Program-made: the position numbers and the translations under genes
Shown: piece after piece, positions 1 to 9,790 of the stretch
Position numbering within the stretch: position 1 is the first letter of the stretch
How the letters are laid out: the number at the start of each line of letters is the position of its first letter
The notes under the pieces: model-generated
Told to the model about the DNA's origin: nothing
The model's input: only the letters and a program-made list of their open reading frames with translations
Databases searched by the model: none
NCBI GenBank assembly: GCA_000091205.1
Contig: AP006501.2
Reading direction: 5' to 3' (one strand)
DNA length: 64,000 nucleotides
From: Cyanidioschyzon merolae
Taxonomy: Eukaryota

Positions 1-19
1 GCCTTTCAGGTCAGACGCG

Positions 20-982
20 TTGCCGTCTTGGAGCCCTGGCACGCACGCGGCGTTTGTTTCAGGTGCTGGCTTGCCGAACGCTGTCCGCAGTTGGGTGCGT
101 CACGGGAGCGCTCGCTGCTCTTCGTCTACGTGCCTTCTGGCGCGAGGCCTGCAGCTGTGCTTCATAACCAGGGTACCTGAAGTGCCGCTGACGGGCGTGT
201 ACTCGAGGCGGAGTCGGCGAGCTGCGGGAGTTGCGCTGCCGCGCCTCGCGCTACGGGCTGCTGCGAATGAACTGCCGTCCCAAGCGAGGACACGGGGTGC
301 AGAACTCGCAGAGGCGGTGCGCCGCGAATACCCTCAAATGTTTAACCCGAGTTACACGCCAGACTGGGCTCTCTACGACGAGCGTATTGTCTTCGAAGAC
401 CCGATCACCCGGCTGGAAGGTATCGGGGCGTACCGGCGGAACATTGAGTTCCTTCGCCAGTCGCCAGTGTTCGGAGACGGGCGTCTCCTGTTGCATGATC
501 TGAGCATGCCGCAGCCGTGCACGCTCTGCACACGCTGGACGCTCTCTCTGCGCGCGAAGTTTTTTCCTTTCCAGCCGCTCGTGACTTTCACCGGCACATC
601 CACGTACGAATGGGGTGCCGATCACGGACGCATCGTATCGCATATTGATCGCTGGGATAGTATACAGCGGCAGGCGTACTTTTCTCCAGAGGGATTGCGG
701 GATCTGCTGATGCAGCTGTTCCGGCAACCGTTCCGCAATCTTGAAGGTACAATTCTGTACCGTTTTCGCGACATCATGATTGTACAGCAGCGGGATGGCG
801 CGGTCATCGCCCGAGGGGTGTATCGCGCGCTTTCGCTAGCGGAGCTAGAGGCACAGCTAGAGAAAACATTCCCGGTGCATGGGTATCGCGCGGTTTCTGA
901 GGAAAACGATGCCGAGCGGAGCAATGCAACCGGTCGCGTTCGAGTTCAGGTGCGCAAGGCGGATCCATCACGAAAGCCTTGA
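20..982 (+). CDS. hypothetical conserved protein, DUF2358-like (plant/cyanobacterial-type domain), possibly organelle-targeted; may begin upstream of the window
   Basis: 320-aa ORF with coding-like composition. The region WALYDERIVFEDPITRLEGIGAYRRNIEFLR... resembles the DUF2358 family from memory. S/R/A-rich N-terminus. Confidence 0.45.
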   Translation: MPSWSPGTHAAFVSGAGLPNAVRSWVRHGSARCSSSTCLLARGLQLCFITRVPEVPLTGVYSRRSRRAAGVALPRLALRAAANELPSQARTRGAELAEAVRREYPQMFNPSYTPDWALYDERIVFEDPITRLEGIGAYRRNIEFLRQSPVFGDGRLLLHDLSMPQPCTLCTRWTLSLRAKFFPFQPLVTFTGTSTYEWGADHGRIVSHIDRWDSIQRQAYFSPEGLRDLLMQLFRQPFRNLEGTILYRFRDIMIVQQRDGAVIARGVYRALSLAELEAQLEKTFPVHGYRAVSEENDAERSNATGRVRVQVRKADPSRKP

Positions 983-2060
983 GTGCTTTACGTGCCGCTT
1001 CTTTTGAGTAGAATGAACGAAACTGGAAAAGCTGGGTGAAATCCAGTGTGGCCTGGACGCCAAATCTCGCGCTCACCACAAGACGTAGCGTATTCTGATT
1101 CAGACTTCTCGACAGGTGCATACGCTGGCCGTAGCATCGCCAGGCCTAGATTGGCGCATTCCCATTGGAGCAGGGAGCAAGGACATGAATTCACGAGATC
1201 TGCTAGTTTAAAACTGCTAGCCAATGGACTGGCGCTCGTACTAGTGCGCATACTGGATCGCATCGATCAACGATGTCTAGACTCGGAGAGCGAGCTTGGT
1301 GCTTAGCAGCATCTCCCAGGACTGCTGAGGCAGGTTTTCTATGTGCAATAGGAAAGTATACCGGGAGTGTACCGCGATACAAGGCACATACCTGGACTAG
1401 GAAGCGCACACCCTTCGACGTGCCGCTATGAAATTCAAGGCATAAGTTGCGTTCATATCAAGCGTGTAGGTTTCAGTACAGACGAGGCCTGTGAACTGGC
1501 AGCGAGCTTGCTGGTTCTCATGCGCTCGTTTCTCTGCTGTTTTGCATACTTGTCTCAGCAGCGTAAACGGAACACGCCCTGGGGCGCTCAAGTCGTCGTG
1601 CAGCGCAGCCGCTGTGTATGCGGACCGCTCGCCGAACGGCTGCTTGCCGCGATGGATGGATCACAAACGGCCAGGTGCGGTTTGGATCAGACCGTTCAGT
1701 CATCGATCCGGAAACTCCATCTCCCGACGGATTTAATCTGGGTCAGACCCTCGAGCGCCGCTGACGCTTCCGCTATCCAGTACCCGGGGCGCATGACACT
1801 GCGCGCACCACCTACAGGCTTTGCGCCGGTTCCGTACATTCACCTCTTCATTCCAGGACTGGTCCAGTCGAGCCGTGCTCTCCCAGGGCAAATCCGACGA
1901 CCACCTCGCACGCAGATGCAGATAACCAAACGATCGGCTTGCATAGCACCTTTATGTATCAGCAGGCAACTTGTTCTACTTGATGCAAAGAGCGCGCGCC
2001 TCCGACTGAAACAGATAAATTCGAAGAGATGCACAGGAGTGCGCGTAGTATATCGTAGTG

Positions 2061-2300
2061 AGAGACCCTGTCCGTAAACATATACATCCAAAAAACTGTA
2101 AATAGGGGAACGCGTATTCCATCAGAACGAGCCTACGTCCGTAAACATAACCATCCAAGAATGTATGAATAGGAGCAAACGTATTCCGTCAGAACGAGCC
2201 TATGTCCGTAAACATAACCATCCAAAAAACTGTAAATAGGGGAACGCGTATCCCGTCAGTCAGAGACCCTGTCCATAAGCACAACCATCCAGGAACGGAT
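2061..2300. repeat. tandem minisatellite, ~67-bp unit x ~3.5 (gtccgtaaacata.acatccaa.aa.tgta.ataggg.aacg.gtattcc.tcagaacgagccta.), ~320 bp upstream of the accC start codon
   Basis: Direct reading: units begin near 2071, 2138 and 2205, with a partial fourth unit ending near 2295. The first and last units share the flanking motif agagaccctgtcc. Confidence 0.85.
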
Positions 2301-2619
2301 GGATCGATGCACGAGCGCGTCGACGCGATCGAACGGCGCGCAGCCTTCGTCGAGCACCGCGGCTCGCACGCAGCGGCGACGATGCGTGCGCATGCGCGGC
2401 AATGCCGCGAGACGCTTCCTCGAAAAACGCGAGAGAGACAGAGAGCCAAAGCGCTGGCTGGAGAGGAACCTCGTGCACCAGGTGTGTCCGCAACGGTTCT
2501 TGGGTAGAGACTTGGCTCAAGACGAACTTGAAGCCGATACAAAAAACGTGAATCTTGGTTTCTCGGACGAGAGTTAAGACCTCCCGGAGCAAACTCGTTG
2601 CACATTCTTATCGCCAGGC

Positions 2620-4272
2620 ATGGAACAGTCGAGCGCATTCATTGCAACACTTGGGGCCGGACGCTCACGAGGAAGCTATGCGCTTTCGCGTCACGCTTGC
2701 GCTACAGCCGGGAACAAAAACCTGTGGCAACGAAAAAAGTCGCTTTCGATACTGGGTTTGAAAGTCGGACGGGGACGTCTCTGTCTCAGGGCGCAAACGA
2801 GTACTGGCGCCGTCTCCAACGCAACTGAAGCAACAGCTGAACGGCCTTTCAAAGTTCTCATTGCGAACCGTGGGGAAATCGCTATTCGAGCGATTCGTAC
2901 CTGTCAAGAGCTGGGCATCCGAACGGTGCAGGTGCACTCCACAGCCGATACTGACTCGCTTGCGGTGCGCATGGCCGACGAGCGAATCTGCATTGGACCA
3001 CCAGCGCCTCGGGAGTCGTACTTGAATATTCCGGCGATCATTTCCGCATGTGAAGTTACGGGCGCGGACGCAGTCTATCCCGGATTCGGGTTTCTGAGCG
3101 AAAACGCACGCTTCGCAGACCTTCTCGAACAGCACGAGATCACGTTCATCGGACCGAGCGCTCGGGCGATCGCGCTCATGGGCGATAAGAGCACCGCCAA
3201 AGCGACCATGCGCCAGGCCGGGGTGCCTATAGTGCCCGGGTCCGACGGTCTACTCCGTGACGTTTCCGAAGCCCGACGAGTCGCACGAGAGATTGGCTAC
3301 CCGGTGATGCTCAAGGCGACCGCCGGTGGTGGCGGTCGCGGGATCCGGCTTGTTCGCTCGGAGTCTGAGCTGGAGAATGCCTACGTTACGTGTGAGCAGG
3401 AGGCGAAGGGTGCGTTTGGCAACGGTGCTCTGTATATGGAGAAGTTCATTGAATCACCTCGCCATGTTGAAATCCAGGTCATTGGAGATAGCCATGGAAA
3501 TGTTATTTACCTTGGAGAACGCGATTGCTCTGTGCAACGGCGAAACCAGAAGTTGCTTGAGGAGGCACCGTCACCTGCTGTGACCCCGGAGATTCGTCAG
3601 CAAATGGGTGAGGCGGCCTGCAAAGCAGCCAAAGCCATCGGCTACTGCGGCGCGGGCACCGTGGAATACATCATGTCGAGCACCGGTGAGTTTTACTTTA
3701 TGGAAATGAATACTCGAATTCAGGTTGAGCATCCTGTCACGGAAATGATTACTGGTCTGGATATTGTGGCATTGCAGATTGCGGTGGCCCGCGGCGAGCC
3801 GCTCCCGCTCCGCCAGGAGCAGGTTGGCCTCAATGGCTGGGCGATGGAAGCGCGAATCAACTGCGAGGATGCGCTCCAGGCTTTTCGGCCAATGCCTGGC
3901 GTCGTGACGAACTTTCTAGCTCCTGGTGGAAATGGTGTCCGTTGGGACGGTTGCATCTATCCGGGGTATAATATTCCGCCGTATTATGATTCTATGCTGG
4001 GCAAGCTTATCTGCTGGGCACCGACACGCGAGGCGGTGATTCGGAAGCTTCGGCGAGCGCTCGGTGAGATGCAAATTGAGGGCATCCCCAGCACCGTACC
4101 CTTCCATCTGGCGCTTCTGGACAATCCTGCTTTTCAAGAAGGAAAAACAGTATATACGAATTTCATCGAACGGGAGGGTATCCTGGACCAGCTCAAGGCT
4201 CGGGTACAAAGTGCAAGCCAGCCTTCAGGGCGAGATGCAGTGGCCGCTGTACCTGCTGCTGCTTCCAAGTGA
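2620..4272 (+). CDS. accC: biotin carboxylase subunit of heteromeric (plastid-type) acetyl-CoA carboxylase, with ~75-aa N-terminal transit-peptide-like extension
   Basis: 550-aa ORF with the full ATP-grasp biotin carboxylase architecture (KVLIANRGEIAIR..., GYPVMLKATAGGGGRG, EMNTRIQVEHPVTE). Unconserved S/R-rich N-terminus before the conserved core. Confidence 0.92.
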   Translation: MEQSSAFIATLGAGRSRGSYALSRHACATAGNKNLWQRKKSLSILGLKVGRGRLCLRAQTSTGAVSNATEATAERPFKVLIANRGEIAIRAIRTCQELGIRTVQVHSTADTDSLAVRMADERICIGPPAPRESYLNIPAIISACEVTGADAVYPGFGFLSENARFADLLEQHEITFIGPSARAIALMGDKSTAKATMRQAGVPIVPGSDGLLRDVSEARRVAREIGYPVMLKATAGGGGRGIRLVRSESELENAYVTCEQEAKGAFGNGALYMEKFIESPRHVEIQVIGDSHGNVIYLGERDCSVQRRNQKLLEEAPSPAVTPEIRQQMGEAACKAAKAIGYCGAGTVEYIMSSTGEFYFMEMNTRIQVEHPVTEMITGLDIVALQIAVARGEPLPLRQEQVGLNGWAMEARINCEDALQAFRPMPGVVTNFLAPGGNGVRWDGCIYPGYNIPPYYDSMLGKLICWAPTREAVIRKLRRALGEMQIEGIPSTVPFHLALLDNPAFQEGKTVYTNFIEREGILDQLKARVQSASQPSGRDAVAAVPAAASK

Positions 4273-7168
4273 AGCTTTGGAATAGCCCGCCGGATCGCCG
4301 ACAGTACAGAATGCCACGTCGTCACCAGCGACGCAACAGCAATCACGTCACGAACACGCATCGACAGGTCAAGCGACTCGCGGAAGCGGCTCGTCGCTAT
4401 CGACGTTGTGGTTAACTGGCGCTCTGTACGTGCAATTTGCTGCTGCAGCTGCTGTACGGGTGGCTTCGTATTCCCGGATACGTGCGTATCCGCTGCAGAT
4501 GGTAGCGCGCGGATGCGGAGCAGGAATCACTGTCGGAGGTGCTGCAGTTTTAGAGGTAGGGACCATGAATCTAAACACAGTTCACCAAGTATGTTATTGG
4601 TGTCGGCATCCAAGAAAGCGGACACTCCTCTGCTCCAGGAAGATACTGCGTGGAATGCGAGCATCGGGAGATGCGCTCTAGTCCGGTTCGCAGTCATAAC
4701 AAAAACGGGCCGCTGTTCGAAAATGGTGCTGGTACGCGTGCTGCCGCCGTCGTGCTCATGGACTGCTGAAGCGGGCGGAAGGCCCGATTTCAACGAGTCA
4801 AGCACTTTGTCGCGCATATCTTCAAGCGAACCTTTTTGGCGTATACATGTGGGTTGCGGGTACTCGGTCTCAGACGCAGCATTGCGCAACTGCATGGGCA
4901 ACGACTTCGAGCTGCGGCTGGCGTTGGTACCTGGCTGCCTCCGAGGTACGCGTTCGCTCGCCAGGTGACTCAGGCGCCGCGTTCATCCCTATGAGCAGCG
5001 TCGAGAATCTCCATCTCAATAGGCTCGGTGTTGTGCACGTACGATCGAGGTGTCATCAAAATGGCCAAGCAGCTGGTAGAAAGGTCTCAAAGAAGCATTG
5101 CGAGTCATCGTGTCACCAGGTACGCCATGCGAAAGGCGCACGCTGTGCGGGACGTGTCCCCCGCAGCGTTGTTCAGAAGCGCCCTGCGGGAGCGTTCGCC
5201 TGCTCTGAGGTGCACACACCCCAGTGTGCAGTACCTCGACGATCTCGATCGAGAGTTTCCATTTAGATTGATCATACACCATCCAGTTGCACCGTATGCG
5301 CATACACGGATATCAGCTAGCGAATAGAATTCGTCACTGCGGCGCGAGACTTTGGCTACTAGCTAGTCTGGGGTGCAGACGCACTGCCCGCATCGAACGC
5401 AGCTCAGGTGGCGTCTAATCCGTGTCAAACTAGAACTGAACAGACCGTCCGACACGGGCGTATGTCGTAAAAACTAGGTCTTTCCTCAGTATCATCAACA
5501 AGAGCCTTTGCGGAACGTTCTATGACTGCTTTCTCTCCCTCCGTCTCATCTCCGACTTTAAATACACAAGTCTCTCCTTGCACCCCGGATTTGTTCGCAG
5601 CAGTCGATGGATGTTGATGACAGCGTTAAAGTCGCGATTTCAATGCTTCCAGCTAGTGTCGACGAATGCGATGCATTAGCGGGGGCTGCAATCGACGCAT
5701 CGCTTGCTATGTCCATCTGATTTTTATGCAGCCTCGTTGTGCCTGTCGCAGCGCTGGCCTTTGAATCCAGCCAGATGTTCCCAAATGTCCAGCATTTCTT
5801 CTCCTCCATGCACCGTTCCGCGGAATGTGAACACCTGCTTCATCGTTCGGTACAAGCCATAAATGGGTACAGAAGTATCCCTTCGATGCCGTGCTCCATT
5901 TCCACATCCGTAGCTACGCCCCATGACCATGGGCTTCCTCTCTGTGCGCTGATCCGCGCGTTCTCTGTCATCGGCATTCGCAAGCGCATGGCGCTCCGCT
6001 CGATACGAGCTTTGTAGAACGCGATGTTGTCCATGGTGAATCAAGTACCGGAAGGAAACCCTAGGCTGGAGAACGAGTCGAGAACTGTCGAACTGTCTAC
6101 GCTTCACACGAAGCGATCGCTGCGATGACTCAAGTCGGTGTCGAAGACCCGTATCCAAGCGAACCGAAGAGACCGGACCTACCCATGGAAGCATATCCCG
6201 CCGAAGGCACCATGCTGCTATCGAGCTCCTTTTCGGTCCGATAACCATAAAAAGAGGAAAATTTTTGCTTCGAACGGGATCGACTAGGTGACGTGAAGCG
6301 CCCAGTGCGCGTTCGGCATGTGCTTGGGAACACGACGCCAAGAGACATTCTCGAGTGTATTTCCAGGTGCGTCCAGCGACGCGAACTTCTTCGTCCATGA
6401 GTTGCCATGAAACAGAAAGATCGAAAAATTCAAGAATTCCTTATTTGATCATCTTATATGTAATGCGAGGCGATGCCTGGAACCTTGTGCGTTTGCGTTC
6501 GCTGGTGATATCGGTGATTTCACAAACCTTTGTTCAGTGGCGTCGCGAACCACGTACGTTCCGTTGAGGTAACGAGTCCCGGCGGCAACGCGTCGAAGCA
6601 GCCACTCCGCTAACACGCCAATGAACCCCAAGACAAAACATGAATCCGTAAGCCCTTATTGATGCTCTTCGAGTCGCGAGACAGTACACATATAGACTTG
6701 CAGAAAAATGAACGAAGAGCAGGAACAGAGCGAGACGTTCAGTGTCCTATTTTGTATCTGATACGGATAAACACGCGGGCTCGGCGCGCGCACTGCCTAC
6801 CGTTCGTCGCGGGGCCGCGAGTCGTTGAAACGAACCAGCGATCCACAAAAGCGAGATAGGTTGTGGGTTTTTCTCCCAGGGTCTCGACTCGTTGATACGA
6901 ACCCGGGATCCTCGACAGCGCGACGGTTTGCGTGCTGTTGCGTCTGCGCGTCCAGCGGTTGCGCGAAGCGCGAGCTGCACATATCCGCTCGCGGCGCATC
7001 CATTGCCAGAATCCATATCTTATCGAAAAGGACGCATTTTTACTGTTCATTTCGGATAAGCTGCATTCGTCAACATCGGTTCATCCGTCACTATCCCGTT
7101 CGTCGATCATGCTTCCAACCCAGTGATCGCCACCTTTCGAAACACCGCTCCGTCCATGATAGCACAAT

Positions 7169-8485
7169 CTACAACATCGAATCGTTGGGGCCCTCCTCGC
7201 TCTCCGGTCGCTGCTGAGGTTGCTGTGAGTCTTTCGAGTCGTTTGATGGCAGGTCAGAGATGTTCTTCGGGTCACGAGTTCCACCGAGGGATGACAAATC
7301 CAGATCTGGTTTCCACTCGGAGGTAGCTGGGAGGTTCGGATCATTCTCCAGTTTCCAAGTGATGATTTGATCACGGATGCGCGCTGCATCATCAAATCGC
7401 TGCTCCTCGATCGCCTTGCGAATGGCGTCGCGCATCGCGTCCAACGGGAACAGTCGCCGGAGCTCGTCTCGGATGCGTGCCGCTTCCATGTAGTCCTCCC
7501 GCGCGATGCACTCCTTGAGCTCGCGCTCCAGCTTGTGCACGGCATCGGTCTTGAACGGCGAGTTGTTCCGGAAGAGAGCAAGGATTGTTTTGCTCGACAT
7601 GCTTGTCTGAGGAGGGTTCAGGATCGGATCGTCGGGGCCGATGACCGGTCGAGGGTCAAACAGGCTGCGCGACTTGCGTGCGCTGGTACCCAGACTTCGG
7701 CCGCCTTCCGGATTGGCTGGGCGCACCACGTAATACTTTTCGATGGGACAGCCCGAAGAAAACAAAACCTGTCTCCGAACCCAGATAGGTACCTTGAAGC
7801 GTAACGCAAGCGCGATGGCATCCGAGGGCCGGCTGTCGATGTTCACTTCTTTGACTGCTCCCTCGGCACGCAGCCAGATCCGCGCAACGAAAGAGCCGCC
7901 CAGAACATGCGTCACGGCAACGCGAACTACGCGGATATTGCACGCTTCCAGAGCGTTCTTGGCAAGATCATGCGTACCCGGCCGCGCTGTCTTCTGACCA
8001 CTGCGAACGTTTTTGATCGCTTGCGCCTCTGTGTCGCCGATGAACATGGGCAGTATGTAGGAGGGTGTGAGAAAAGGCTGAAGGACAAGCAGCCAGCAAG
8101 CGCCGTTTTCGATTAAAGTGAGCACACGCGCCTCCAGAAAGTCCTGGTCGTATTCGGGTAGCCACTTGGGGTCGTCGAAGTTGGGCGGGCGACTAGCCTC
8201 CTCGTGCGGTGCTGCCATGTACAGGACTCCCGTCCGCGCGTGTTGCCCCCTGTGTAACCTTTGGGTTCCACGCGCCCAGCCTAGGCGCGAACGAGTTGGT
8301 GTCACGAAACGGTGCAGGCAGCTGCCGCACATTGGCAGCGACCACAGGGGAGCCTGCCACCCTCGTAGGTGCGCATCTACGCGTGTTGCCGACAAACGCT
8401 CCCGAGATCCTCCGGAAAGACCACCAGTCGCGCTAACAGAGCGTAGGAGTGTCACGCTTGTGAATGTAAGTTGAGAGGCGAACAT
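7169..8485 (-). CDS. bifunctional nuclease (DUF151/BFN, DNase-RNase domain) protein with two C-terminal UVR-like motifs; probable organelle targeting peptide
   Basis: 438-aa ORF. The core ARIWLRAEGAVKEVNIDSRPSDAIALALRFKVPIWV matches the bifunctional-nuclease fold family. Two UvrB/C-like motifs follow (EDYMEAARIRDELRRL and QRFDDAARIRDQI). S/T/R-rich N-terminus. Confidence 0.72.
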   Translation of the reverse strand: MFASQLTFTSVTLLRSVSATGGLSGGSRERLSATRVDAHLRGWQAPLWSLPMCGSCLHRFVTPTRSRLGWARGTQRLHRGQHARTGVLYMAAPHEEASRPPNFDDPKWLPEYDQDFLEARVLTLIENGACWLLVLQPFLTPSYILPMFIGDTEAQAIKNVRSGQKTARPGTHDLAKNALEACNIRVVRVAVTHVLGGSFVARIWLRAEGAVKEVNIDSRPSDAIALALRFKVPIWVRRQVLFSSGCPIEKYYVVRPANPEGGRSLGTSARKSRSLFDPRPVIGPDDPILNPPQTSMSSKTILALFRNNSPFKTDAVHKLERELKECIAREDYMEAARIRDELRRLFPLDAMRDAIRKAIEEQRFDDAARIRDQIITWKLENDPNLPATSEWKPDLDLSSLGGTRDPKNISDLPSNDSKDSQQPQQRPESEEGPNDSML

Positions 8486-9790
8486 AGCTCCGCTCGTATG
8501 ATGTAGCGGTTGCAGCGCGGGCTACAGCACAGGCAGCCCCAACTGACGTGCGCAGCGCGCCTGGGCCCGCCTCCCGCGCCAGTTGAACGATCTCGGTAAA
8601 ATCTCCGCAGCGCATGCATGCGTGTTCGCGAATGCATGCGTGTGCGAGCGTCACGCGCGCAGCGCGGATGCGTTAGGGCATCGAGAGGATGCGATGTGCG
8701 CAACGCATCTGCGTTGGCGCCCCGCTGCGATTTTCGCGGGCAGGTTAGCATGGGATCGTCGGGGAGTAGTGGGGATCCTTCATGCGAGCGAGGAGGTGCT
8801 CGATCGCGAGATTATTCATTGCGTCCGTGATTCCGCAGCATCTGTTCAAGTTTCAGTGGCCAACGTCAAAATCACGACCTGTACTTTCCTTCGGAGGTCA
8901 CGCACAATTCGCGTGTGTCCCAGCTGCTACCGAGCCTGGAGTGCGTGTATGTGTGGGTGTTCGATATGGGCGGCACGGTGCTGGCCAAAGCGCTCGATCC
9001 ATGAATCCCACGTATTATCATGAAACATGGTTGCTGTCGGTACCAGATCGCTGGTATGACTGGGAAGCGATGTGTCGCGGTCGCGGTATCGGCTCGGAGT
9101 AGTCCAAGTCTGGCGGCAGTTGTGCGCTCAGTGCGGCGCCACGGGAGCGGGCACTGCGCGCCTGGAATCAGAATCCTGCTGCTCAGTCCGGGGCCCGTGC
9201 AGAGCAGATAGCTGCGGCGCATGCTTCTGGAGTATGCTTTTGATGGAAGACGACGGGCTGTCTCGTTCTCTTCGGCTCGCTGGGCAAGTGCATGTCGCAG
9301 GAGCATCAGGAGCACGCAGCGAGGCTGGTCACTATTCTCACGCCCGCGCACGATAGCTCTGGAGCATGATCGCCCTGAATGTGGTGACGCCAGCGACGAC
9401 ACAAACGCCCAATTCACGCCCCGTAGGTTGATGCAGAGGTCTGGTGCGCTCCTCCGGTGACCGCGGGTGTTGGACATTTGACGCGTTTAGGAAGCGTTCG
9501 ACCGCAGGCGCATCCAACAATTGATATATCCATATATGTTCATATAGTTACATCTTCGTCGCCAAGGCACAGAATCGTCGCGATACGCTGGGGCGCGACG
9601 CAAGCCGTGGCGCGTTCGCGCGCACTTCCGCTGACTTTCCTTCAGCGCTGCTCAACTGCGCCAAGCTCTCCATGACCAGCAGACGTAACTGGAAAGAGTA
9701 AAACAGTCGGCCAGATTAAAGCTTTCAATCATCTCTCCCTAACAAACCTTAGATTTTCAGCGCACACCAGCTGCAGCTCAATCAAAAACA

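Noticed and set aside
1367-2077. 236-aa plus-strand ORF between the first gene and the accC tandem repeat
   Set aside because: Low-complexity, Arg/Cys-rich, no homology recognised. It sits in the probable accC promoter region.
4408-4968. 186-aa ORF with CCCSCC-type Cys clusters
   Set aside because: The Cys runs come from a (GCTGCT)n-like DNA repeat (tgctgctgcagctgctgt), not a metallothionein gene. There is no start context or homology.
5724-6398. 224-aa minus-strand ORF in the accC-BFN gap
   Set aside because: Extremely Arg-rich with no domain similarity and the opposite strand equally open. It is treated as non-coding pending transcript evidence, and the gap is flagged in findings instead.
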